Below, piece after piece: positions 8,920-18,383 of a stretch of DNA of 64,000 nt (within the stretch, counting starts at the first letter, position 1; each line of letters begins with the position of its first letter). Where the stretch lies: the NCBI GenBank assembly GCA_951813325.1, contig OX638350.1:853029-917028 (forward strand), given 5' to 3'. Below the pieces are notes generated by a model. The model was not told the DNA's origin. It was given only the letters and a program-made list of their open reading frames with translations, and made no database searches. The DNA is from an uncultured Acidimicrobiales bacterium. Lineage in GTDB: Bacteria; Actinomycetota; Acidimicrobiia; Acidimicrobiales; Bin134. Both the position numbers and the translations under genes were made by a program.

Positions 8920-9981
8920 CTAGAGCACTCCGGCGGCCATGTCGGCGGCGTGGGCCAGCATGGTGTCCACCCGGCGGGCGATGTCGTGGACGTCGCCGGT
9001 GGTTTCCATGCCTCCGGTCATGCCCTTGAGGCGGCGGGCGTAGGCCCCCTCGACGATGCAGGCCTGCTTCCACCAGCTGAACACGGCGTAGTAGGGGAGG
9101 TGGGACAAGTCGAAGCCCGACTGGGCGGCGTAGCGCTCGGCTACCTCGCCGCGGCGCACGAAGCAGTCCAGCACGGTGGGGGGGTCGCTCAGAAAGCTCA
9201 GCTCGTCGTCGGGGTCGGCCCAGTACTGGAGCGACCAGGCGAAGTCGGCGATGGGGTTGCCGGTGGTGCACAGCTCCCAGTCGAGCACTGCGGCGATCTT
9301 CCACTGGTCGTCGAGCACGGTGTTGTCGAAGCGGTAGTCGCCGTGGGCCAGCGCGGCAGGGGCGCCCTCGGCGGGCTTGGCCGCGCTGAGCCGCTCGTGC
9401 AACTCGATGAGCAGGGGCACCTCCCGCACCCCGGCGGCCTCCACCTGGCGGCGCCAGCGCTTCAGCTGGCGGCCGACGTAGTCCTCCCGGCGGCCGAGAT
9501 CGCCCAAGCCCACCTCGTCGAGGTCGAGGGTGTGGAAGGCGACCTGCACCTCGAGCAGGCTCTGGGTGGCGATCTCGGCCTGCTCCGGGGTCATGTCGAC
9601 GGCTGAATCTTGGTCGCGCAGGATGCGGCCTTCTACGAAACCCATCACATAGAAGTCGGCCCCGTTCACCGAGTGGTCGCCGCAGAAGGCCACCATCTCG
9701 GGCACGGGCACATTGCCGGCTTCGCCCAATGCGGCCATGATGCGCCACTCCCGGCCCATGTCGTGGGCGGTGGCCAGCGCCGATCCCACCGGGGGACGCC
9801 GCAGCGCCCACTGCCGCCCGCCGGAGTCCGACAGGCGAAAGGTGAGGTTGGAACCGCCGGCGGCGATCAGGTCGAAGGTGAACGGGGGTTCGCTGTCGGC
9901 GATGTTGCCGGCCAGCCAAGCAGATACCGGCTCTACATCGATACCGGGGATATTGCTGCTTGAAAACTCCTGTGTGCTCAT
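8920..9981 (-). CDS. Phosphotransferase-family protein (APH/ChoK-like kinase fold)
   Basis: 353-aa ORF with catalytic-loop block LAHGDYRFDNTVL followed by VLDWELCTTGNP. Confidence 0.85.
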   Translation of the reverse strand: MSTQEFSSSNIPGIDVEPVSAWLAGNIADSEPPFTFDLIAAGGSNLTFRLSDSGGRQWALRRPPVGSALATAHDMGREWRIMAALGEAGNVPVPEMVAFCGDHSVNGADFYVMGFVEGRILRDQDSAVDMTPEQAEIATQSLLEVQVAFHTLDLDEVGLGDLGRREDYVGRQLKRWRRQVEAAGVREVPLLIELHERLSAAKPAEGAPAALAHGDYRFDNTVLDDQWKIAAVLDWELCTTGNPIADFAWSLQYWADPDDELSFLSDPPTVLDCFVRRGEVAERYAAQSGFDLSHLPYYAVFSWWKQACIVEGAYARRLKGMTGGMETTGDVHDIARRVDTMLAHAADMAAGVL

Positions 9982-10047
9982 GAGATTTGGCTTTCGCTGC
10001 TGAATAACTCCACCGCCTCAGTCTGGCGTTCCACTACGGTCGGTGCC

Positions 10048-10614
10048 ATGTCTCCAATTGCGCTGATGACCCGTACAGAATCCGCTCTACCCGACCCCGA
10101 TGACCTAGGCGTGGCCCTGGAGTCGATGGAAACGCCCATTGGGCTGCTGAACATGGCGGCCACTTCGCAAGGGCTGGTGAGGATCGGCTTCGGCTACATG
10201 GCAGAGAGGGAGGACTTGATGTCCGAGCTGGACCAGATGTCCTGCTCGGTGGGCCAAGGCGACCCAGTCTGGCTGGAAGAACCCATCGCCCAGCTCCGCG
10301 AGTACTTCGATGGCCGCCGCCACCGGTTCGACCTGTCATTGGACTGGCGACTGAGCCATGGGTTCTATCGCCGGGTTCTGGATGCCTTGATGGGGGTGGA
10401 CTACGGCACCACGGTGTCCTACGGGGAGCTTGCTCGCATGGCCGGCTCGTCGAGGGCCGCTCGAGCGGTGGGCACCGCTATGTCCACCAACCCCATCCCC
10501 CTCATCGTGCCCTGTCATCGGGTGGTGCGAAGCGACGGCTCGGTAGGCGAGTACGGTGGCCGTCCCGAGGTCAAGACCTGGCTGATAGAGCACGAGCACT
10601 TCCACCGCGGCTGA
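10048..10614 (+). CDS. ogt: Methylated-DNA--protein-cysteine methyltransferase
   Basis: 188-aa ORF with active-site PCHRVV preceded by TVSYGELARMAGSSRAARAVG. Confidence 0.92.
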   Translation: MSPIALMTRTESALPDPDDLGVALESMETPIGLLNMAATSQGLVRIGFGYMAEREDLMSELDQMSCSVGQGDPVWLEEPIAQLREYFDGRRHRFDLSLDWRLSHGFYRRVLDALMGVDYGTTVSYGELARMAGSSRAARAVGTAMSTNPIPLIVPCHRVVRSDGSVGEYGGRPEVKTWLIEHEHFHRG

Positions 10615-11393
10615 TGGCGCGTCTCAGCAAGCTTGACCGGTCGGTGGCCGGGCGGGTGGCGGTAGTCACCGGCGCGGCCTCGGGCATGGGACGGGCCACT
10701 GCTTGGCTGTTGGCTGACGAGGGGGCCAAGGTGGCCGCGCTTGATGTCGAGCGCGACGGGTTGAACGAGACGGTTGACGCCATCGTTGGTGCCGGTGGCA
10801 GCGCTCTGGCAGCGGTGTGCGACATGGCCGATGTCGAGGCCATCGAGCAGGCGGTGGCCCGGGTGCAGGCCGAGTTGGGGCCGGTGGACATCCTCATCAA
10901 CAACGCGGGCGTGGCCGCGGGTGCCCCGGTGGATGCCGCCGACTACGAGGAGGTGTGGGCCGCGGTGCTCAAGGTGAACCTGGCCGCCCAGATGCGCTTG
11001 GTGCGGGCTTGTCTGGACGATCTGAAGCGCAACGGCGACGGTCGCATCGTCAACGTGGCTTCCACTGAGGGGATCATGGCCACCCCCAACAACTCGCCCT
11101 ACACAGTGAGCAAGCACGGGGCGGTGGGGCTCACCCGGGCACTGGCCGTGGAGTTGGGCCGGTGGGGGGTGACCGCCAACGCGGTGTGCCCCGGCCCAAT
11201 CCGTACCGGGATGACTGCCTCCATCCCCGAGGATGCCAAGCAGACCTACGCCCGCCGGCGGGTGCCGGCCCGCCGCTACGGCGACCCCGAGGAGGTTGCC
11301 CAGATCACCCTGTCACTGGTGTTGCCGGCCGCCTCATTCATCAACGGCGCCGTAGTGCTGGTGGACGGCGGCCTCCACGCCAAGTCCAACTGA
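10614..11393 (+). CDS. SDR-family oxidoreductase
   Basis: 259-aa ORF with Rossmann block VTGAASGMGRAT and catalytic YTVSKHG (YxxxK). Confidence 0.9.
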   Translation: MARLSKLDRSVAGRVAVVTGAASGMGRATAWLLADEGAKVAALDVERDGLNETVDAIVGAGGSALAAVCDMADVEAIEQAVARVQAELGPVDILINNAGVAAGAPVDAADYEEVWAAVLKVNLAAQMRLVRACLDDLKRNGDGRIVNVASTEGIMATPNNSPYTVSKHGAVGLTRALAVELGRWGVTANAVCPGPIRTGMTASIPEDAKQTYARRRVPARRYGDPEEVAQITLSLVLPAASFINGAVVLVDGGLHAKSN

Positions 11394-11417
11394 TCTTTCT
11401 GCCGCAACGGGGCGAGA

Positions 11418-11681
11418 TCAGGCGGTTCTGCGTTTCCTCTCATTCCAGAACGCCGCGTGGATCTCGAACTCGTCGACTTCGTTGAGAGTATCGTCCTCTG
11501 AATCCCAGAAGGAGTGGCTTTCCACGAAGGCGGAGTACTCGAAATGCTGCTTTGGCTCGGGGAGGTCGGGGACGTTGCGGAAGCGACCGAACAGGTCTCG
11601 TCCGACCCCGGACGCGCGCAGTAGATACACGCCGAGCAGATGCACGACGAGATATGCCCCTACTGCTATCCCGATAGTCAT
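11418..11681 (-). CDS. Hypothetical small membrane-anchored protein
   Basis: Lower-GC ORF. I favour the internal ATG (MTIGIAVGAYLVVHLLGVYLL…), which gives one N-terminal TM helix and an acidic tail. The track ORF extends to 11795. No recognisable family. Confidence 0.4.
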   Translation of the reverse strand: MTIGIAVGAYLVVHLLGVYLLRASGVGRDLFGRFRNVPDLPEPKQHFEYSAFVESHSFWDSEDDTLNEVDEFEIHAAFWNERKRRTA

Positions 11682-11715
11682 GCTGGAACCTGGACTATAG
11701 ATATGAAGACCGCAG

Positions 11716-11747
11716 TCCACAACTGGTTCACAGGGAAATCCACAACT
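11716..11747. promoter_or_regulatory. Pair of 9-bp direct repeats in a divergent, A/T-richer intergenic region
   Basis: TCCACAACT at 11716-11724 and 11739-11747 (23-bp periodicity). They lie between the small membrane-protein gene (start 11681) and the crotonase operon (start 11900). Confidence 0.3.
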
Positions 11748-11899
11748 CGACTCCGCCAGGTCAATGCAATTTACCTTCCTGTCTGCCCTGATCAACCTCA
11801 GATGAGGCTCTGAACAGGGATTTCAGGTTGGAGCGTGATCCTGCCTCGTAGCGGCGCGTGTTCGCAACTCGGGCTGGTTAACGACGAAGACCTAGCCTG

Positions 11900-12724
11900 G
11901 TGCCCGTGACGGCGCCACCCACTGTTTCGGTCGATAAACCCGAGACGGGCATCACCCAGATCACGATGTCGCGCCCGGAGCGGCTTAACGCCCTCAGCCC
12001 CGAGCTCATCTCCGACCTGCACGGTGCCCTCGAGGATGTGGAGCGGGACCGCTCCCAGCGGGCGGTGGTTCTCACCGGCGCCGGACGGGGGTTCTGCGCG
12101 GGTGCCGACCTCAAGGCCGTGGGTGGCCAGGAGGTCGCCGAGCCTCCCGACCGGTGCCGGGTGGGGGCCGTCTACGACATGCAGCTGGACCTTGCCAACC
12201 TCATGCTCAAGATCTACGAGCTGCGGGTCCCGGTGATCGCCGCGGTGAACGGTGCGGCGGTGGGCGGGGGCTTCGCCATCGCCCTGCACTGCGACGTTCG
12301 GGTGGCGGCGGAGTCTGCCAGGTTCGGCTCGGTATTCATCAAGGTGGGGCTGTCGTCGCTGGATGTGGGCAACAGCTACCTGCTGCCCCGGCTGATCGGC
12401 GCCAGCCGGGCCCGGGAAATGATGCTCACCGGAAGGATCTTCGACGCTGCCGAGGCCGATCGCATAGGGCTGGTGTCCCGGGTGGTTCCCGACGGCCAAG
12501 TGGCGGCGGCGGCCCTCGACGTGGCCCGACAGATCGCGGCCAACAACGAGTACGGAGTATGGATGACCAAGCTGGGGGCCAACGCCACGCTGGACGCTCC
12601 CAGTCTGCGCCACGCCATGGAGTTGGAGAACCGCACCCAGGTGCTGGGCACCTTCACCGGGAACATGGCCGAGGCCTCCGAGGCATTCCGGGAGGGCCGC
12701 GAGCCCCGCTGGAACCCGCTGTAG
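11900..12724 (+). CDS. Enoyl-CoA hydratase/isomerase (crotonase fold)
   Basis: 274-aa ORF with VVLTGAGRGFCAGADLK and the oxyanion-hole region IAAVNGAAVGGG. Confidence 0.9.
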   Translation: MPVTAPPTVSVDKPETGITQITMSRPERLNALSPELISDLHGALEDVERDRSQRAVVLTGAGRGFCAGADLKAVGGQEVAEPPDRCRVGAVYDMQLDLANLMLKIYELRVPVIAAVNGAAVGGGFAIALHCDVRVAAESARFGSVFIKVGLSSLDVGNSYLLPRLIGASRAREMMLTGRIFDAAEADRIGLVSRVVPDGQVAAAALDVARQIAANNEYGVWMTKLGANATLDAPSLRHAMELENRTQVLGTFTGNMAEASEAFREGREPRWNPL

Positions 12725-12736
12725 ACTGCCGTTTCG

Positions 12737-13510
12737 ATGTTGGAGATCGAAAACCACGGCCGGGTGCGGCTGCTGAGGTTGAACCGGCCCGATGCGCTGA
12801 ACGCGTTCAGCGAGGCCCTGTACGACGCCACCGCCCAAGCGCTGATCGACACCGCCGCCGACCCCGACGCAGCGGTGATGGTGCTCACCGGGAACGGGCG
12901 GGCGTTTTGTGCCGGCACCGATTTGGTGGAGATGGGCGCTCGCAACCCCGGCGGGGGCGGCGTCGAGCCCGGCGTCCACGGATTTGCCGGAATGCTCGAC
13001 CAGATGGACTCGTTTCCCAAGCCGTTCATCTGCGCCGTGAACGGCCTGGCCATCGGGGTGGGGACCACCATGCTGGGGTTCGCCGATCTGGCTTTCATGT
13101 CTTCTGAGGCCCGGCTGCGGTGCCCGTTCTCCAGTTTGGGAGTGGCCCCCGAAGCGGCCAGCAGCTACACCTTCCCGCTGCTTCTGGGCCGTCAGCAGGC
13201 CATGTGGACTCTGCTGAGCGCGGAGTGGATCAGCGCCGAAGAGGCCAAGGAGATGGGCCTGGTATGGAAGGTGTGTCCGCCCGACGAGCTGATGGAAACT
13301 ACGATGGCCCACGCCCAGAAGCTGGCCGCTCTGCCGGTGTCGTCGCTGGTGGAGTCGAAGACGCTTATCACCCACGGGTGGCATGACGGGGTGGCCGCGG
13401 CTCGTGAGCGGGAGAACGCCGCCTTCAGCCGTCTTATGGGGGCGCCGGCCAACGTCGAGGCCATCGCCGCCTTCATGGAGAAGCGCCCCCCGGACTTCAC
13501 AGGGCTGTAG
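12737..13510 (+). CDS. Enoyl-CoA hydratase/isomerase (crotonase fold)
   Basis: 257-aa ORF with MVLTGNGRAFCAGTDL and ICAVNGLAIGVG. Confidence 0.9.
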   Translation: MLEIENHGRVRLLRLNRPDALNAFSEALYDATAQALIDTAADPDAAVMVLTGNGRAFCAGTDLVEMGARNPGGGGVEPGVHGFAGMLDQMDSFPKPFICAVNGLAIGVGTTMLGFADLAFMSSEARLRCPFSSLGVAPEAASSYTFPLLLGRQQAMWTLLSAEWISAEEAKEMGLVWKVCPPDELMETTMAHAQKLAALPVSSLVESKTLITHGWHDGVAAARERENAAFSRLMGAPANVEAIAAFMEKRPPDFTGL

Positions 13511-13581
13511 GCCGCTCACAGTTTCGGCCTCTCGTCGGCCTGCGCCTACCATCCACAAGCGCGCATGCCAAGGGAGGACAC

Positions 13582-15147
13582 ATGGCCGAGACCGATGTGC
13601 TGGGATTTTGGAAGATTGCCGAGGCCGACCCGGAGCGCCTAGCGGTCGTCGATCCCGATTGCAACGAGATCACCTACGGGGAGCTGGCCGAGCTGACCAA
13701 CCGCATCGTCCACGGCCTGCGGGCCGCGGGCCTCTCCACCGGCGACCAGGTGACCACCGTTCTGCCCAACGGGATCGAGCAGGTGGCCGTTTCCATGGCC
13801 GCCTACCAGGGAGGCTTCTACCTCACCACCGTCAACTGGCATCTGGCCGGCCCGGAGATCGCCTACATCGTCAACGACAGCGAGACCAAGGCGTTCATCG
13901 TCCACCAGGACTTCGCCTCTCAGGCCACCAAGGTTCTGGAGGACAGCGTCGTGCCGGCGGCCAACCGGTTCTCGGTGGGCAGCATCGACGGCTTCCGCCC
14001 CCTGTGCGAGCTGGTCGACCCCCAGCCCGCCACCCGGCCCGACGATCTCACCACCGGCTCGTTCATGTTCTACACCTCGGGCACCACCGGGCGGCCTAAG
14101 GGCGTGCGGCGGGCCCTGCCCGGCGTCCACCCCGACGAATCAGCCGCTGGCTCCGGCGGGCTGTTCATGTTGCTGGGCATCATGCCCCATCAGGACAACG
14201 TCCATATCACCCAGGCTCCGCTATACCACACCGCGGTGAACGTCTGGACCACCACCTCGTTGCACATGGGGCATCCCGCGGTGGTGATGGGCCGCTGGAC
14301 CGCCGAGGGGGCGCTGGAGCGCATCGACCGATACAAGGTCACCCAAAGCCACATGGTCCCCACCATGTTCCACCGCCTGCTCCAGCTCCCCGACGAGGTG
14401 AAGGAGCGCTACGACGTGTCGTCGCTGAGGCGCATGATCCACGCCGCCGCTCCCTGCCCGATCGAGACCAAGCAGAAGATGTTGGACTGGTGGGGCGACT
14501 GCATCTGGGAGTATTACGCGGCCACCGAAGGAGGCGGCACCTATATTCCGCCCGACGAGTGGCGCCAGTACCCCGGCACGGTGGGCCGGCCGTGGCCGGG
14601 GTCGGAGGTCATCGTGGTGGACGAGGACGGCAACCGCCTGCCCCCCGGCGCCAGCGGGACCATCTATATGAAGATGCCCGCTGGTCAGACCTTCGAGTAC
14701 TACAAAGACAAGGACAAGACCGACAAGGCCCGCTTGGGGGAAGAGTTCTTCACCGTGGGCGACGTGGGCTATTTCAACGACGACGGCTACCTGTTCCTCA
14801 ACGATCGCGCCAACGACATGATCATCGTGGGGGGAATGAACATCTACCCCGCGGAGATCGAGGGTGCGCTGCTCCAGAGTCCGCTGGTGGGCGACGCCGC
14901 GGTGTTCGGGATCCCCAACGAGGACACCGGCGAGGAGATCAAGGCGGTGATCGAGCCTGCATCAGGGGTGGCCGCTGACGATGACACCCGGGGAGCAATC
15001 ATGGAGTTCCTCCGCGATCAGATCGCCAAGCAGAAGTGGCCCCGCTCCATCGACTTCACCGACGAGATGCCCCGCGATCCCAACGGCAAGCTCTACAAGC
15101 GCCGGCTGCGCGACCCCTACTGGGAGGGAAAGACCCGAGCCATCTAG
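13582..15147 (+). CDS. Acyl-CoA synthetase (AMP-forming, ANL superfamily)
   Basis: 521-aa ORF with AMP-binding motif FYTSGTTGRPKGV and the C-terminal block PRDPNGKLYKRRL. Confidence 0.92.
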   Translation: MAETDVLGFWKIAEADPERLAVVDPDCNEITYGELAELTNRIVHGLRAAGLSTGDQVTTVLPNGIEQVAVSMAAYQGGFYLTTVNWHLAGPEIAYIVNDSETKAFIVHQDFASQATKVLEDSVVPAANRFSVGSIDGFRPLCELVDPQPATRPDDLTTGSFMFYTSGTTGRPKGVRRALPGVHPDESAAGSGGLFMLLGIMPHQDNVHITQAPLYHTAVNVWTTTSLHMGHPAVVMGRWTAEGALERIDRYKVTQSHMVPTMFHRLLQLPDEVKERYDVSSLRRMIHAAAPCPIETKQKMLDWWGDCIWEYYAATEGGGTYIPPDEWRQYPGTVGRPWPGSEVIVVDEDGNRLPPGASGTIYMKMPAGQTFEYYKDKDKTDKARLGEEFFTVGDVGYFNDDGYLFLNDRANDMIIVGGMNIYPAEIEGALLQSPLVGDAAVFGIPNEDTGEEIKAVIEPASGVAADDDTRGAIMEFLRDQIAKQKWPRSIDFTDEMPRDPNGKLYKRRLRDPYWEGKTRAI

Positions 15148-15181
15148 GTGGTGGACGGGTTGATCTGCTGGGCCGGTTGAG

Positions 15182-16813
15182 ATGAGGGCCCGCCTGTTCA
15201 ATCCCGAGTTGGTGGAGGCGGAGGAACTGGCCCCCCGCCAGGTCCACATCATCATGATCGCCCTGATGACCGGTATGTTCCTGGCTGCGCTGGACAACTC
15301 GGTGCTGGCCACCGCGGTGCCCACTATTGCCGGCGAGCTGGGCGGCCAAGACCAGGTGGCCTGGGTCATCACCTCCTATCTGCTCACCGGCACCATCTCC
15401 ACCCCGCTTATCGGCAAGCTGAGCGACATCTACGGTCGCAAGCTGGTGTTCCAGATCACCATCGGCTTTTTCATCATCACGTCGGCGCTGGCCGGACTGT
15501 CGCAGACCATGTTGCAGCTCGTGTTGTTCCGGGCGTTGCAGGGGCTGGCCGGCGGCGGCCTTTTGGCCTTGCCCATGGCCATTGTGGGCGATGTGGTGGC
15601 TCCCAACGAGCGGGGGCGCTACCAGGGATATATCGCGGGCACGTTCGGCACGGCCAGCGTGGCCGGTCCGCTGATCGGCGGATTCTTCGTCGACCATCTG
15701 AGTTGGCGCTGGGTGTTCTACGTGAACGTCCCCGTGGGCCTGATCTCGATGGTGGCCATTGCGATGCTGTTCAACGTGCGCCTCGACGTGGTGTCCCGAC
15801 CGATCGACTGGCTGGGCGCCGGGCTGCTCATAGCCGGTTTCAGCCCGCTGCTGGTAGCCCTCAGCTTGGGGGGCAACCAGCTGGCGTGGTCGTCGCCGAC
15901 GATGATCTTCATTTTCATCATTTCGGCCGTTCTGTTGTCGGCATTCTTCTGGTGGGAGACCCGAGCTGAAGATCCGATCCTTCCGCCCCGGCTGTACTCC
16001 AACGACGTCGTGCGCTGGTCGATGGTGGTCATGCTGCTCATCGGGCTGGTCATGTTCGGGGCCACCCTGTTCATACCGGTGTTCTTGCAGGTGGTGTCCG
16101 GGGTGAGCGCCACCGGCTCGGGTCTGAACATGATGCCCATGTTCATCGGCATCATCTTCACGTCGGTCGTATCGGGGAGATTGCTCACCCTGTTCGGGCG
16201 CTACAAGGAGTTCCTGGTGCTGGGCACCGCCTTGATGACCACCGGGATGACGCTCCTGGCGCTGTTCTTGGACCAGGGCATTACTCAGGTCCAGGTAGGG
16301 CTCATGGTGTTCGTCATCGGCCTGGGACTGGGAATGACCATGCCGGTGCTGGTGCTGGTGGTGCAGAACGCCAGCCCCCACCGCGACATCGGCATGGTGA
16401 GCGCGGCCACCAACTTTGTGCGTTCGCTGGGCGGCACCATCGGCGCCGCGGTTATGGGCGCCATCTACGCCGCCGGGCTCAACTCCTCTCTGGAGTCCAA
16501 GGTGACGCCCGATCAGTTGGCTGTATTGCCCGACCCCGAGAAGCTGTTGGGCAGTCCCCAGCAGATCCGGGCCATCCAGGATCCCTCCATCATCGACGCC
16601 GTGCTGGAGTCGTTCTCAGTAGGGGTGCAGCGCTGCTTCACGGTGGGCGCGCCGGTCATCGCCTTGGGCATTCTGGCCGCTTTGTTCATCCGCCAGATCC
16701 CGCTGCGCCAACAGATCCGCTCTGAGGAGGAGCGCGCCGAGGCAGCCGTGCTGGCCCAAGGCGCAGAACGGCGGAATACCCAATCCAAAACAGACACCAA
16801 ATTACCACGCTGA
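15182..16813 (+). CDS. MFS transporter, DHA2 (EmrB/QacA-like, 14-TMS type)
   Basis: 543-aa highly hydrophobic ORF with MFS motif-A-like [13 protein letters not shown]. Length and helix count fit the 14-TMS drug:H+ antiporter group. Confidence 0.88.
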   Translation: MRARLFNPELVEAEELAPRQVHIIMIALMTGMFLAALDNSVLATAVPTIAGELGGQDQVAWVITSYLLTGTISTPLIGKLSDIYGRKLVFQITIGFFIITSALAGLSQTMLQLVLFRALQGLAGGGLLALPMAIVGDVVAPNERGRYQGYIAGTFGTASVAGPLIGGFFVDHLSWRWVFYVNVPVGLISMVAIAMLFNVRLDVVSRPIDWLGAGLLIAGFSPLLVALSLGGNQLAWSSPTMIFIFIISAVLLSAFFWWETRAEDPILPPRLYSNDVVRWSMVVMLLIGLVMFGATLFIPVFLQVVSGVSATGSGLNMMPMFIGIIFTSVVSGRLLTLFGRYKEFLVLGTALMTTGMTLLALFLDQGITQVQVGLMVFVIGLGLGMTMPVLVLVVQNASPHRDIGMVSAATNFVRSLGGTIGAAVMGAIYAAGLNSSLESKVTPDQLAVLPDPEKLLGSPQQIRAIQDPSIIDAVLESFSVGVQRCFTVGAPVIALGILAALFIRQIPLRQQIRSEEERAEAAVLAQGAERRNTQSKTDTKLPR

Positions 16814-17114
16814 CCAGCAGAATGGTCTCGTCGCCGGGCCGTAGTCCGGGGGCGAAGAACGGCTCTACAAAGTATTGGGATATGAAGCCCCCTCGGTACG
16901 GCGTCTCGCCGGCGAGGTGCCAGAAGTGCTTCTCCCAAACGGTGAGCGGACACGGCTGGCCGGTGAGGTTGACCACTCCGGTAGGCACCAGCGCGGCCAG
17001 ATACCACTTCATCAATCGGGGCCTGCGGGCGGCCAGTGGTGCACCCCCGATGAGGAAGACGGCCAGCAGCCCATGCACGAGCGCTAAGGCGATCGCCAGT
17101 AGCAATGCCCCCAC
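16686..17114 (-). CDS. DUF2784-family membrane protein
   Basis: 142-aa ORF with the characteristic [14 protein letters not shown] block between TM helices. Its 3' end overlaps the convergent MFS gene by 128 nt. Confidence 0.6.
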   Translation of the reverse strand: MGALLLAIALALVHGLLAVFLIGGAPLAARRPRLMKWYLAALVPTGVVNLTGQPCPLTVWEKHFWHLAGETPYRGGFISQYFVEPFFAPGLRPGDETILLVSVVIWCLFWIGYSAVLRLGPARLPRRAPPQSGSVGAAGSGG

Positions 17115-17161
17115 AGCTTCACACTAGAGCCTGGTAGTCGTTTGTGGGCTAGAACGTCGGC

Positions 17162-17917
17162 ATGGGATGTCTTGATGGACGAGTAGCGATAGTGACCGGG
17201 GCGGCCAGGGGGCAAGGCGAGGCTGAAGCCCGGAAGTTCGTTGCCGAGGGGGCCTTCGTGGTGATGGGCGACGTGCTCGACGAGCAGGGGGAGGCGGTGG
17301 CCGCCGATCTGGGGGATCAGGCTCTGTACCTGCGTCACGATGTGTCCTCGCCGGACGATTGGGCTCGGGTGGTGGCCGCCGCGGTGGAGCAGGGGCCGCT
17401 GCGGGCTCTGGTGAACAACGCCGCCATTCACTGGACCGCTCCTATCTCCGACGAGACCCCCGAGAGCCTGCACCGGATCTGGCAGGTGAACTACCTGGGC
17501 ACGTTTCTGGGAATCCAGAGCGTGGCCGGGCCCATGGCCGAGGCCGGCGGTGGGGGCATTGTCAACATCTCGTCGATTGCGGGGATGGAGGGGATCCCCC
17601 ACCACGCGGCCTACGGCGGCACCAAGTGGGCGGTGCGGGGGCTAACCAAGGTTGCGGCAATTGAGCTGGGACCCAAGGGGATCAGGGTAAATTCCATTCA
17701 CCCCGGCCCAATCGAGACCGCCATGCTGTCGGCCGATCGCCACGGCCGCCCCGAGCTGTTCGACCACGTGCCTTTGCGCCGGGCGGGGGTGGCATCCGAG
17801 GTGGCCGATCTGGCCTGCTATCTGGTGTCGGACGCGGCGTCGTACCAAACGGGCCACGAGTACATCATCGACGGGGGCGCCACTGCGGGAATCCCCTTGC
17901 GAACGGAGACATCATGA
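17162..17917 (+). CDS. SDR-family oxidoreductase (3-alpha/20-beta-hydroxysteroid dehydrogenase-like)
   Basis: 251-aa ORF with VTGAARGQGEA and YGGTKWAVRG (YxxxK). Confidence 0.88.
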   Translation: MGCLDGRVAIVTGAARGQGEAEARKFVAEGAFVVMGDVLDEQGEAVAADLGDQALYLRHDVSSPDDWARVVAAAVEQGPLRALVNNAAIHWTAPISDETPESLHRIWQVNYLGTFLGIQSVAGPMAEAGGGGIVNISSIAGMEGIPHHAAYGGTKWAVRGLTKVAAIELGPKGIRVNSIHPGPIETAMLSADRHGRPELFDHVPLRRAGVASEVADLACYLVSDAASYQTGHEYIIDGGATAGIPLRTETS

Positions 17918-18318
17918 GCGTTGAGGGATTCGACCATCTGGCCATCACCGTGGCCGACGTGGAGGCCTCCGTGGCCTTCTACGGCGAGGTGCTGGGGGCC
18001 GAGCCCATGTACCTGGAGGAGTTCCGGGCCGGCAAGATGCCGATTGTGATGATGCAGGTGGGGGCCAACCGCATCAACGTGCATCCCGCCGCCGCCCCCG
18101 CATCCCCCCACGCTCGCTTGCCCACTCCCGGCTCGGTAGACCTGTGCTTCCGCTGGGGCGCCACCATCGCCGAAGCCCAAGCCCACCTGGCCCAGCACGG
18201 CATCGAGGTTATCGAAGGCCCCGCCCCCCGCCCCGCCAGCAACGGCGAGCGCGGCCAGTCCGTCTACTTCCGCGACCCCGACGGCAACCTCCTCGAACTC
18301 CTCACCATCAAGGGCTGA
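17914..18318 (+). CDS. VOC-family (glyoxalase/bleomycin-resistance/dioxygenase fold) protein
   Basis: 134-aa ORF starting FDHLAITVADVEASVAFYGEVLG and ending SVYFRDPDGNLLEL. ATGA overlap with the upstream SDR. Confidence 0.85.
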   Translation: MSVEGFDHLAITVADVEASVAFYGEVLGAEPMYLEEFRAGKMPIVMMQVGANRINVHPAAAPASPHARLPTPGSVDLCFRWGATIAEAQAHLAQHGIEVIEGPAPRPASNGERGQSVYFRDPDGNLLELLTIKG

Positions 18319-18361
18319 AAAGTATTGAAAAGGGTGAGAAAAAGTAGCGTCTGTGAGGAAA

Positions 18362-18383
18362 GGTAGCGTTCAAGGGCGCTACC
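18362..18383. terminator. Candidate bidirectional hairpin between convergent genes at the left edge of the lower-GC island
   Basis: GGTAGCG-(8 nt)-CGCTACC, a 7-bp stem overlapping the stop codon of the 18379-19419 gene. No U-tract. GTAGCGT also occurs 18 nt upstream (18345-18351). Confidence 0.3.

Noticed and set aside
11798-13558. 586-aa minus-strand ORF spanning both crotonase genes
   Set aside because: Antisense to two well-supported crotonase genes. Its composition (G/R/P/H-rich) is typical of high-GC shadows.
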